Shown here piece after piece: positions 10,260 to 19,360 of a stretch of DNA of 64,000 nucleotides. This stretch comes from Bacteroidales bacterium (GTDB lineage: Bacteria > Bacteroidota > Bacteroidia > Bacteroidales > Prolixibacteraceae), in NCBI GenBank assembly GCA_038329265.1, contig JBBQMW010000002.1, positions 1,148 to 65,147 of the forward strand, written 5' to 3'. Position 1 is the first letter of the stretch. Every line of letters begins with the position of its first letter. The translations under genes and the position numbers were made by a program. Below the pieces are notes generated by a model that did no database searches, was not told where the DNA came from, and saw only the letters and a program-made list of their open reading frames with translations.

Positions 10260-10346
10260 AGGTTTTGTATTAAAGATTGTTTTTAGAATCAAATGCGAGT
10301 GTTCGTAAAGTTAATGCTTTGGAAGTAGAAAAATTGCTAAAATTCT

Positions 10347-11102
10347 TTATCCGATTATTAATTCTTCATAAAGGTATTCATCGGTTGCTTCCGGAACATT
10401 TCCTTTCGATTCTTTTCCGGAGATATGGGCCACGGTATGTGCGCTTAGCAATTCGTCGTCGAAGGGGAGCAATAATTGGGACAGTTCTTTTTGTGTCATG
10501 GCCGGATCGATCCAGCGGTCGGCCAGTTCATCGGGCAGAATCACGGGCATTCGTGGTCCTTCGAGCTTTGGATTGTTGTGAATACGCGTCATCATTTCAT
10601 TGCCTTTTGTAGTCACAATAGAGAAAGTAATCAGTTTCGATTTGCTTTCCTTATCCATCCATTCGGCCCAAAGACCGGCCACTGCAAAGGGTTCGCCATC
10701 TTTTCGGCGGATAAAAAACGGGTAAGTTTTTCCGGCAAAATGGTGATGTTCGTAGAAACCATCCAGGTAAATCAGGCATCGTTTTGCTTTTGCCGAATCG
10801 CGAAACGAAGGTTTTTCGAATATGGTTTCTCCGCGGGCATTCAGTGTACTGTTCCAAATCTGTACTTTTCCTTCATTGTTTTTCACCCAGTGAGGTACGA
10901 GTCCCCAGGTTGCAACAACAGTCAACGAATGAGCTTCAGGATAGATAACCAGTTTCGGATGCGCGAACCCGGAAACCTGGTGCAGATCGTTTATTCCATG
11001 TTCACAAAGACTGAGCTGAATTTCTTCAACAGCCTGTTCATTGCCAACTCTTCGGGCACGTTTTAACTGCGATTGAAGTAAGGCTTTCACATTGTAACAC
11101 AT
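10347..11102 (-). CDS. SOS response-associated peptidase (SRAP/YedK/HMCES) family
   Basis: Cys2 (MCYN), WGLVP, LNARGET..KPSFR, RCLI..DGFYE, IHN..RMPVIL. Confidence 0.92.
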   Translation of the reverse strand: MCYNVKALLQSQLKRARRVGNEQAVEEIQLSLCEHGINDLHQVSGFAHPKLVIYPEAHSLTVVATWGLVPHWVKNNEGKVQIWNSTLNARGETIFEKPSFRDSAKAKRCLIYLDGFYEHHHFAGKTYPFFIRRKDGEPFAVAGLWAEWMDKESKSKLITFSIVTTKGNEMMTRIHNNPKLEGPRMPVILPDELADRWIDPAMTQKELSQLLLPFDDELLSAHTVAHISGKESKGNVPEATDEYLYEELIIG

Positions 11103-11192
11103 GGCTTTATATTTTAATTTTTATTTAAACGGCAAGCTGATAATACGGTTTATAAAACTAGAAATACATATTTTTTCGATAAAACCCAACCC

Positions 11193-11239
11193 AAAAAAGC
11201 GGCTGAACTCCGGTTTTCATCCTTTATTCAGCCGCTTTT
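11193..11239 (-). terminator. terminator-like hairpin, direct-repeat copy 1
   Basis: AAAAGCGGCTGAA..TTCAGCCGCTTTT; 26 nt identical to the copy at 11814-11861. Confidence 0.7.
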
Positions 11240-11249
11240 CAACTGTTTT

Positions 11250-11744
11250 TTATTTCTCAGAATCCAATGGGTTTTCTCTGTTTTCCGGTTTTTCTTGGCT
11301 TGCCATTTCGGTTAATGCCTGGTAAATATCATTGAATTGCATGTTGGTTTCAATCATAAAGCTTTCGAGCTTCTGGTTGAGTTCGGCATAACCAAACGCA
11401 TATTGTCGCAATGCAATAAAAGCCCGGACGATTTGTATATTAATATCAATGGCCTTGTCGCTGCGTAAAATACTTGCCAGCATGGTGACTCCATGCTCAG
11501 AGAATGCAAAGGGAAGTTTGCGAACTCCACCCCAACTTGATGTCACAAATTGTGATATCAAGTTTTCGAACTCCAAGTTTGAGAGTTGAAACATGAAATC
11601 GGACGGAAATCGCATGATATTCCTTTTAACTGCCTGATTAAGTGCTCTGGTTTCAACCTCGTACATTTCGGCCAGATCAAAATCGAGTATTACGCGAAGC
11701 CCTCGAATCTCATAGATTTTGTTTTGAATGATTTGGAGTTCCAT
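11250..11744 (-). CDS. ORF6N (KilA-N-like) DNA-binding domain protein
   Basis: IYEIRGLRVILDFDLAEMYEVETRALNQAVKRNIMRFPSDFMFQL..WGGVRKLPFAFSEHGVTMLASIL. Confidence 0.9.
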   Translation of the reverse strand: MELQIIQNKIYEIRGLRVILDFDLAEMYEVETRALNQAVKRNIMRFPSDFMFQLSNLEFENLISQFVTSSWGGVRKLPFAFSEHGVTMLASILRSDKAIDINIQIVRAFIALRQYAFGYAELNQKLESFMIETNMQFNDIYQALTEMASQEKPENRENPLDSEK

Positions 11745-11813
11745 TTGAAAGTATTTTGATCTTCAGGTTTTCGAAGGAATAAGTTACGGCAAATTATTAT
11801 ACAAAACAAAAAT

Positions 11814-11861
11814 AAAAAGCGGTGGAGCTTCAGATTTTCATCCTTTATTCAGCCGCTTTTT
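11814..11861 (-). terminator. terminator-like hairpin after HMA gene, direct-repeat copy 2
   Basis: AAAAAGCGGTGGA..TTCAGCCGCTTTTT, downstream of feo/HMA operon. Confidence 0.65.
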
Positions 11862-11898
11862 GCCTTTGAAGCTGTCAACAATGATTCGCTAACTGAAG

Positions 11899-12207
11899 CT
11901 ATTTTGAGGCTACTTCAAATCCGCGTTCTTCTATCGCTGCTGTAATTTTTGTCAGGTCGGTTTTGTTGGAATCGAATCGAATAAAAGCAGTAGAATCTTC
12001 ATGATTGGCGCTGATACTGTCGATACCGGCAATTGCATTGACACCTTTGGCAATAGAAGCTTCGCATTCATCACAGGTCATACCTTCAATTTTCAGGTTC
12101 ATTTCGACCATAACTGCCGGTGTTTTTTCCTTATCAGCAGTATGTTGTTTGGGAGCGCAGGCTGAAAGAACAATGCTGATGAACGCGATGAAAAGTATTT
12201 GTTTCAT
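11899..12207 (-). CDS. heavy-metal-associated (HMA) domain lipoprotein
   Basis: Lipobox LSAC; IEGMTCDECE metal-binding GMxCxxC. Confidence 0.85.
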   Translation of the reverse strand: MKQILFIAFISIVLSACAPKQHTADKEKTPAVMVEMNLKIEGMTCDECEASIAKGVNAIAGIDSISANHEDSTAFIRFDSNKTDLTKITAAIEERGFEVASK

Positions 12208-12339
12208 GATGTTGATAATTTGTTGGTTATTAAATGAATTGTTTTGATGCTGTTATTCAGTTTTATGGCAAAACAAGTGCATTGCAAGATAGGACAACCC
12301 GACAACTTTGACAACAATAACTTCTATTATTTTAGGTTT

Positions 12340-12573
12340 TCATCCTTTTGCTGAATATTTCAGATTGTCAACGGAATACTGAAATTTTTGTGTTTCCCGC
12401 TTTTCAGAATAGGGCAGTAGTTTACCTTTCTTTTTCAGTTCACTTTTCAGATCGCAACTGGCACAGCCTCCACAAAGGCTTTTTTCTTTGGTCGTGATTG
12501 CTTTATAAACCGAATAAATGGTTTTTAGTACAACAATTCCGACAATCAACAGTGCAATAATATTTTGAATCAT
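12340..12573 (-). CDS. FeoB-associated Cys-rich small membrane protein
   Basis: MIQNIIALLIVGIVV TM helix then CGGCASC, directly after feoB. Confidence 0.8.
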   Translation of the reverse strand: MIQNIIALLIVGIVVLKTIYSVYKAITTKEKSLCGGCASCDLKSELKKKGKLLPYSEKRETQKFQYSVDNLKYSAKG

Positions 12574-12586
12574 ACTCCGGATTTTT

Positions 12587-15091
12587 TTAGATAAATAAAC
12601 TGCCGATTTGGAAAATGCAAAAGGCTGCAATCCACGCGATTCCTGTTGTATAAACCATCGTAAAAATGGCCCATCGCCAATTGGCTTCTTTTTTTATAGC
12701 TGCCACTACCGCCACACACGGAAAATAAATTAGCACAAAAACCATCAGGCCAAATGCCACCAGGGGCGAAAAAACTTTTTGCCCAACTTTCGGGCCGCGG
12801 CTATACTTTTGCTCCTGAAGTTTTTCTTTCAATGATTGTGAGTTTTCGTCAGCATTCATGCTGGCCTGATAAAGTACGCCCATCGAGCTCACCACAATTT
12901 CTTTGGCAGCCATGCCGGTAATAATGCTCATCCCTATTTTCCAGTCAAAACCGAGCGGTCTGATCATTGGTTCAATGAATCGTCCGGTCATTCCGATGTA
13001 CGATTTTTCCTGACGTTCGTCCTCCTTCGACAATTGAATCTGTTCGGTCTGTGTCGTTTTATCCTCCTGTGTCAGCATGTTATTTGCCTGAACTTCCGAT
13101 TGCATTTTCCCGTAATCTTTCGAGAATTCCACTTTTCGGGGATAATAACCCATCGCCCATATCAGGATCGAAGCAAACAGAATGACCGTTCCCATTTTAT
13201 TCAGGTATTGTGATCCCTTGTGCCACATGTGTATGGTCGTGTTTCGGAAGGTTGGCATCCGGTAGGGCGGAAGTTCCATCACAAAAGGAACTTCTTTCTT
13301 TGCAAAGAGCGTTTTCTTGAATAGGAGTCCCATCAAGACCGCCAAAATAATTCCGATGGAATAAATCAGGAATAAAACGGCGCCCTGATAACTCACAAAG
13401 AAGGCTGATATAAGCAGCACATATACCGGTAAACGTGCACTGCACGACATAAACGGAATGATGAGCATAGTTAGCAACCTATCGCTCCGGTTGTCGAGTG
13501 TACGGGTGGCCATCACGGCAGGGACATTGCAGCCGAAGCCCATGATGAGCGGGATAAATGATTTGCCGTGAAGTCCCATTTTGTGCATCAGTTTATCCAT
13601 GATAAAAGCGGTGCGGGCCATGTAGCCGGAGTCTTCCATCAGCGAGATAAAAAAGAACAGGATCAATATGTTGGGCAGAAACACGATTACGCCGCCAACA
13701 CCGCCAATGATTCCGTCGATCAATAAATCTTTCAAGGCTCCATCCTGCAAATAAGTTCCCAGCAAATTGCCCAACCAGCCAATTCCTGAATTCAGCCATT
13801 CCATTGGGTAGCTGCCCAAGGTAAATGTCGCCTGAAAAGTGACCCAGATGAAAAAGATAAAAATCGGGAATCCCCACACTTTGTGCGTCAACACTTTGTC
13901 TATTTCGCGGCTTTGATCGCGGCGTGCCTGCGGGCCATTCCGGTAAGTTTCTTTCAATGCCCCGGCAATAAAACCGTATTTGGCATCGGCAATCAAGGTT
14001 TCCGACTGATCGTTGAAAAGTAGTTCAAGCCGACTGGTTTCGCGGTCTGAAATCTGTTTGATAGTCTCAAAAACCAGATGACCTTTTAATAAATTCAGTG
14101 TGTGCTTGTCTTCTTCCAGTAATTTGATGGACAGAAAACGAGTAGAATAATCGTGTTTTACCTGAACATCTTTTTTTAGTTCATGCTGAATGTTTCGGAT
14201 CGATTTTTCAATTTCCTCGCCATAGTTGATGTGAATGTGCCGCACAATCGGATCACGCTCCTCATATACCATGATAATGCGGTCGAACAGCGCTTTCAGC
14301 CCTCTGCCTTTCGATGCAACCGTTGGAACGATCGGAATTCCCATCATTTCGCCCAGATGTTCAAAGTCGAGTTTGGCCGATTTCTGTTCGAGTTCGTCGA
14401 ACATATTCAGGGCAATCACGACCTTGATATTCATGTCGATCAGCTGAGTTGTCAAAAACAGGTTGCGTTCCAAATTCGACGCATCAACCACATTGACAAC
14501 CACATCCGGCCGTTTTTCAGAAATATGGTTCCTTACAAACAATTCTTCGGGCGAATATTCGGTGATCGAATATGTTCCGGGAAGGTCGGAAATCAGGAAT
14601 TCGTAAGATCCTTGCTTGAATTTGGCTTCTTTGGCATCAATGGTTACACCGGCGTAGTTTCCCACGCGCTCCGTCGATCCTGAGGCATAATTAAACAAGG
14701 TCGTTTTGCCGCAGTTGGGGTTTCCAACCAAAGCAACCGAAATGATTTTCCCTTTTTTTTCTCCGGATAATTTTTGGCGGTGTTCATCAATGGTTCCTTC
14801 ATATTTTGCTGCAACCATATTTTTGGCGGTTGACGGCGAAATAACCTCAATCAGGTCGGCCTCGCTGCGGCGCAATGATACCTTGTAGCCCATAATTTCG
14901 TATTCTACCGGATCTTTCATCGGAGCATTTTTGATCACTTTTACCAATTGCCCCTTTACAAACCCCATTTCAGAAATTCGTTTACGGAAAGCGCCTTGCC
15001 CCAATACATGAACAATCACTCCTCTGCTACCTGTTGGCAAATCGGCCAATCGGGTGCTCTTTACTTCCGGTTCAGTATCTTGTAAAATCAT
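12587..15091 (-). CDS. feoB: ferrous iron transporter, FeoA-FeoB fusion
   Basis: N-terminal FeoA SH3-like domain; GNPNCGKT, DLPGTY, NMFD; GFGCNVPA, PFMSCSARLP, YFPC. Confidence 0.96.
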   Translation of the reverse strand: MILQDTEPEVKSTRLADLPTGSRGVIVHVLGQGAFRKRISEMGFVKGQLVKVIKNAPMKDPVEYEIMGYKVSLRRSEADLIEVISPSTAKNMVAAKYEGTIDEHRQKLSGEKKGKIISVALVGNPNCGKTTLFNYASGSTERVGNYAGVTIDAKEAKFKQGSYEFLISDLPGTYSITEYSPEELFVRNHISEKRPDVVVNVVDASNLERNLFLTTQLIDMNIKVVIALNMFDELEQKSAKLDFEHLGEMMGIPIVPTVASKGRGLKALFDRIIMVYEERDPIVRHIHINYGEEIEKSIRNIQHELKKDVQVKHDYSTRFLSIKLLEEDKHTLNLLKGHLVFETIKQISDRETSRLELLFNDQSETLIADAKYGFIAGALKETYRNGPQARRDQSREIDKVLTHKVWGFPIFIFFIWVTFQATFTLGSYPMEWLNSGIGWLGNLLGTYLQDGALKDLLIDGIIGGVGGVIVFLPNILILFFFISLMEDSGYMARTAFIMDKLMHKMGLHGKSFIPLIMGFGCNVPAVMATRTLDNRSDRLLTMLIIPFMSCSARLPVYVLLISAFFVSYQGAVLFLIYSIGIILAVLMGLLFKKTLFAKKEVPFVMELPPYRMPTFRNTTIHMWHKGSQYLNKMGTVILFASILIWAMGYYPRKVEFSKDYGKMQSEVQANNMLTQEDKTTQTEQIQLSKEDERQEKSYIGMTGRFIEPMIRPLGFDWKIGMSIITGMAAKEIVVSSMGVLYQASMNADENSQSLKEKLQEQKYSRGPKVGQKVFSPLVAFGLMVFVLIYFPCVAVVAAIKKEANWRWAIFTMVYTTGIAWIAAFCIFQIGSLFI

Positions 15092-15102
15092 AATTCGAAT
15101 TT

Positions 15103-16251
15103 TTAAAACTCCATTCCAAGGCGCAACAATGCAACCGTGGCATTTTTTAACTGAACATCAGTTCCACCCGGATTCACCACATATTGCAAATCGGGCTGTA
15201 AATAAATCTGATGGGTGAGTTGAACTTTGTAGGTCAGTTCAAAGGTTGTTTCGTCGAGGCCACGCTCTTTGGTTAGCATACCGTCTGCCACGGCCAATCC
15301 AAGTACATCCGTCCCATTTTTCGAGAGCAGGCCAGTATAGGCGCATCCGGCACCGAGATAAGAAAAATTGTCGTTACGCGGACTCATTCCCAGTTGATAA
15401 AAAATGCTCAATCTGCGGATTCCTTTTGACCAAACCTGATGGTCACCAACAAGGTAAAATCCATAGTAGTAGGTTAGTTTATTTACGGTTTCGGAATTTA
15501 CCACTTCGCTCTCCGGACAATGCTGATGGAATAATACGCCGGCTTTCAATACATTATTTTTCTGCTGATTATCCATCCATGAAAATTGACTCTCGGTTAT
15601 CCACAAGAAGCCTTTTTCATAATCCAGGTTCCATTTCAGGTTATAAGGATTGGTGTCAAAATCAATCGGACAACCTTTATAAGCAGCCGTTTTAAGGACT
15701 AATTTTTTTGATACTTCGCAGCTAAAGGTAATTCCGGGTTTGGTAATAGGAAAAATGGGCGCTGAAATGTTGTCGGCAATCACCGAATGAACTCCAAATG
15801 AGCTGTTCAGAAAAAGAGAGCCAATATCGCTGTTGGCAAATTCAGCATTCAAATCCTGAAGCCCAATAGTTGCCGTTACGTTCGAAATGGTTTGTTTGTA
15901 CCACAATTCATACAAGAACGTATGATTTCCGGCTTCAATGTTCGATGCTACCTGAAAATCACCGATCAGATTGGCAGAAGGTTCGCCTCCATGTGAATTT
16001 GCCCCACGAACCAAAAAATTGCCGCCTTTCCAAAGGCCAGCCATTTCTGTATTGAAATGTAGATATAAATCGGCCAGACCCAGATAAGTTGACCCCGTCG
16101 CAATCCCTCCTCGAAAATTGGAAACAAAATCACCTTTATAAGCGGCATTCAATTGCCAGGCCGATTGCCTTTCATCATCACTTGATTGTGAAAATCCATA
16201 TCCGGTTTTTAGAAACAATAGCATGAGAAACCCTTTCTTCAAAAATTGCAT
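15103..16251 (-). CDS. OprB-family (carbohydrate-selective-type) porin
   Basis: Signal peptide, SNIEA..LYELWY, DLNAEF, ELTYKVQ..LQPDLQYVVNPGG, C-terminal Phe. Confidence 0.85.
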   Translation of the reverse strand: MQFLKKGFLMLLFLKTGYGFSQSSDDERQSAWQLNAAYKGDFVSNFRGGIATGSTYLGLADLYLHFNTEMAGLWKGGNFLVRGANSHGGEPSANLIGDFQVASNIEAGNHTFLYELWYKQTISNVTATIGLQDLNAEFANSDIGSLFLNSSFGVHSVIADNISAPIFPITKPGITFSCEVSKKLVLKTAAYKGCPIDFDTNPYNLKWNLDYEKGFLWITESQFSWMDNQQKNNVLKAGVLFHQHCPESEVVNSETVNKLTYYYGFYLVGDHQVWSKGIRRLSIFYQLGMSPRNDNFSYLGAGCAYTGLLSKNGTDVLGLAVADGMLTKERGLDETTFELTYKVQLTHQIYLQPDLQYVVNPGGTDVQLKNATVALLRLGMEF

Positions 16252-16522
16252 GTCAAATCAATCTTGGTTTTGATAGGGTAAAAGTACCCATTGATAATAG
16301 GAGCATCAATCCCCAATCGTAGGGATTTATAAGCAGTCCTTTTCAAAGGAAGGTGATTTTACTTTATTTGAAAATCAAATAGGATGGATAATTTATTGAA
16401 GGTAATAGTTTGGATTAGAGTGTGATAGTATGAATTATTGGGTGAATTTAATTTCAGGATAGTTAATGACGTTTTGATTTACGCATCCTATTTTAATGAA
16501 TGATGAGTGAGTTTTTTTTCAA

Positions 16523-17389
16523 TTAATACAGACTATCCAAAATTAGCAGTATCATCATTAGCAGGTACAGAAAATTAAGCTTCAGAAAAGAGGCCCGAAC
16601 AGGGATGTCTTTTTTTATGAGGATACCTGTCGACAAAGAAAAGAGCAGATAGAACGTATAAATCAGGAGGAAAAACATGGTAACCGATCCCTTCAAAACA
16701 ACCAAGGCCACTATCAAAGCGGCGGCTATGGTGGCCAGAATCCAAGTAAAGCTCAGTCGTTTGATTTGGTTGCCGTTAAAAACAGCATGGAGGCTTGGAA
16801 ACCCAGCCAGTTCATATTCTTTCCCAAACATGAGCAGCAACAGCCAGAAATGAGGAATCTGTCCGATAAAAAAGAACAAAGCTACCCAGAAGATTTGTTC
16901 GTTAGCCCAATCTCCACCTCCGGCAAACCATCCAATGTATGGAGGTAAAGCGCCAACCAGTGATCCCGGAACTACGGCAAAGGCAGTCACTTTTTTAAGC
17001 GGGGTGTAAATCGCGTTGTACGACAACAGCGTCAGAAAACTGGTCAGAAATACAATGATCGGAAAACTGGTGATCAGGATAAAAGCGCCATAGGCAAAAA
17101 AAGCGAAAGCCACCCAAAATGCACCTTTGGGTGATATTTTTCCGGAGGGGATGGGTCGTTTTTTAGTCCGGGGCATCAGCCCGTCGGTTTTGTATTCCTG
17201 AAGGTGATTAATCGTTCCTGAACTGCATGACATCAGAAAAACTCCGAACATAAGCATCAGGGCATTGCCGTCGAACAGGTTTGTTTTTAGTGCATAACCT
17301 GTAAGTGCAGAAATAGCAATGGGCAAAGAGATACGTACTTTGCCCAACTCTGCTATTATTTTAATCCAGAAGATCAGTTTTGATTTCAT
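16523..17389 (-). CDS. cyoE: protoheme IX farnesyltransferase (heme o synthase)
   Basis: DGLMPRTKKRPIPSG, YTPLKK, GALPPYIGW, QIPHFWL. Confidence 0.92.
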   Translation of the reverse strand: MKSKLIFWIKIIAELGKVRISLPIAISALTGYALKTNLFDGNALMLMFGVFLMSCSSGTINHLQEYKTDGLMPRTKKRPIPSGKISPKGAFWVAFAFFAYGAFILITSFPIIVFLTSFLTLLSYNAIYTPLKKVTAFAVVPGSLVGALPPYIGWFAGGGDWANEQIFWVALFFFIGQIPHFWLLLLMFGKEYELAGFPSLHAVFNGNQIKRLSFTWILATIAAALIVALVVLKGSVTMFFLLIYTFYLLFSLSTGILIKKDIPVRASFLKLNFLYLLMMILLILDSLY

Positions 17390-17394
17390 ATTTT

Positions 17395-17467
17395 AAGGAA
17401 AAAGGAAATAGGAAAAAGGAAAATTTGAAAGTGTGTTTCCTCTTTCCTCATTCCCTTTCCTCATTTC
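17395..17467. repeat. inverted heptamer arrays (AAGGAAA)4 / TTTCCTC-type
   Basis: aaggaaa aaggaaa taggaaa aaggaaa, 13 nt gap, tttcctc tttcctc attccc tttcctc. Confidence 0.75.
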
Positions 17468-17471
17468 TATT

Positions 17472-18416
17472 TTATTTCAGTGACTTCAGGTATTCAGTAA
17501 TTTGTTTCACATCTTCTTCCGAGAGCTGGCCGGTATACGACAACATCAATCCTTTATTAAAACCTTTTACCACATCAGCATTCGGATCATAAATCGATTT
17601 TTTAATGTATTCATCATCCACTGTAACCTCACGTTCGTTTCCACCGGTTACGACAGTAACCGCATGACCATAAATTCCCTTAAACGACGGGCCAACCAGT
17701 TTTGTTCCGTCAACCGAATGACAGGAAAAGCAGCCAATATTTTTCATGATGCGTTTCCCGTTTTCTGTTGGTGAATCCAATGCAACTGCTACACGTTTGG
17801 TGGTGTCGACATACCAGGCATTGAATTGTTTATCGGGCATTACTTTCACCTGATTGAGCATATACGAGTGATTGAGTCCGCAATATTCAGTACAGAACAG
17901 ATCGTAAATGCCTTCTTTTTGCGGAATAAACCAAACGAATTTCTCTCTTCCGGGAACTACGTCTTCTTTTATTCTGAAAGCTGGTATATAGAGACTATGG
18001 ATAACATCCAATGAATTCAGATTCAATTTGACTGCTTTGTTTTGGGGAACAAACAAGGTATCCGTCTTTTTCCCGTTTTCGTATTCGAAGGTGAAGTTCC
18101 ACATGCGGGCTACAACCTTGATGTTAAAACTATCTTTTGGTGGATTGCGCATCGGTGCCCATCCTGCCCATCCGTAATAGAACATGACCAAAACCAGAAT
18201 TGTAGGAATTACAGTCCAGATAATTTCAAGTTTTGTACTGCCTTTAATCTGTGTGGCGACGGCATTCTTTTTATGGTTGTACTTGTATACGAAATACAAC
18301 ATAGTAAAAGTCAAGCCGATCAGAAAGATAAAGGAAACTCCCATGATAAAAACAAAGGCTTCGTCGACCCCCGCCACAAAATTGGATGCATTTACCGTAT
18401 TTGATAAGATATACAT
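17472..18416 (-). CDS. coxB: cytochrome c oxidase subunit II with fused cytochrome c
   Basis: LEIIWTVIP, DVIHS, CTEYCGLNHSYM CuA site, C-terminal CFSCH heme c. Confidence 0.94.
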   Translation of the reverse strand: MYILSNTVNASNFVAGVDEAFVFIMGVSFIFLIGLTFTMLYFVYKYNHKKNAVATQIKGSTKLEIIWTVIPTILVLVMFYYGWAGWAPMRNPPKDSFNIKVVARMWNFTFEYENGKKTDTLFVPQNKAVKLNLNSLDVIHSLYIPAFRIKEDVVPGREKFVWFIPQKEGIYDLFCTEYCGLNHSYMLNQVKVMPDKQFNAWYVDTTKRVAVALDSPTENGKRIMKNIGCFSCHSVDGTKLVGPSFKGIYGHAVTVVTGGNEREVTVDDEYIKKSIYDPNADVVKGFNKGLMLSYTGQLSEEDVKQITEYLKSLK

Positions 18417-18421
18417 AGCTT

Positions 18422-18706
18422 TTATCTGTAATAGTAATCTAAAAATGTAATAAATATAACCGCAAAGAACAACAAAATCACAAAACCTACCATGATTCGC
18501 AGAAAAGGTTGGTCGAACTTGAGGTGCATGAACCAGGCCAATACCAGAATAGATTTAATTGTGGCAAAAATCATTGCTCCCAGCACTGAATACTCGCCCA
18601 GATTAATTTTAGTAATCCCGATCGATAAAAAAGTGAACGTGATTAACAGCGCCAGAATATAGAAATAAACCTTATAGGGTACGATATGATGTTTTTCTTT
18701 TTCCAT
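18422..18706 (-). CDS. cytochrome c oxidase subunit IV
   Basis: 3 TM, ATIKSILVLAWFMHLK motif, operon position. Confidence 0.88.
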   Translation of the reverse strand: MEKEKHHIVPYKVYFYILALLITFTFLSIGITKINLGEYSVLGAMIFATIKSILVLAWFMHLKFDQPFLRIMVGFVILLFFAVIFITFLDYYYR

Positions 18707-18720
18707 TTTAATAGTGTTTT

Positions 18721-19344
18721 CTAGTGTATGAGATAGAATAAGGGGAACAGGAATATCCAGATTAAATCGACCAAATGCCAGTATAAACCAGCATTTTCGA
18801 GCAACGTTGGTCGGTTTTCATCGACAGTCCCTTTTTGAACCCGATTCAATGCCACAATAATAATGATCATTCCTACAACAATGTGCAAGGCATGAAGGCC
18901 GGTCATGACGAAATAAAGTCCAAAAAACAGGATTTCACCGTGGCTGAGATCGTTCAGCATATGTTCTGATCCGGGCCAGATGCCGTGATCGAATTTAACT
19001 CCCCATTCAAAATATTTGTTGATCAGGAAAATCATTGCCAGCATGATCGTGATTTCAAGTAAAAGCACGGTAAGCCCTTTGTTCTTTTTCTGAAGTGCAG
19101 AGGTCGACATGGCTATCGTCATACTGCTAACCAGTAGAATCAAGGTATTGATGGCTCCGATGGTCAGGTTAAGTTCATGCCCTGCCATTTTAAAGGATTC
19201 CGGATTCAAAAACCGGTAGATCGAATAAACAATGAACAAACCTCCAAAAAGGAGCAGTTCAGTGAATATAAAAAGCCACATTCCCAGTTTATTTGCCTCC
19301 GGATCGTAATGCTGATCTGCAGCATGTTGTGTTACATGTTCCAT
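18721..19344 (-). CDS. coxC: cytochrome c oxidase subunit III
   Basis: LGMWLFIFTELLLFGGLF, TGLHALH, GLYWHLVDLIWIFLFPL; start MEHVTQ at 19344. Confidence 0.93.
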   Translation of the reverse strand: MEHVTQHAADQHYDPEANKLGMWLFIFTELLLFGGLFIVYSIYRFLNPESFKMAGHELNLTIGAINTLILLVSSMTIAMSTSALQKKNKGLTVLLLEITIMLAMIFLINKYFEWGVKFDHGIWPGSEHMLNDLSHGEILFFGLYFVMTGLHALHIVVGMIIIIVALNRVQKGTVDENRPTLLENAGLYWHLVDLIWIFLFPLFYLIH

Positions 19345-19360
19345 AAGTAATATTCGATTG

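Noticed and set aside
16291-16309. FNR box upstream of porin
   Set aside because: TTGAT..ATCAA spacing is 9 nt, not 4
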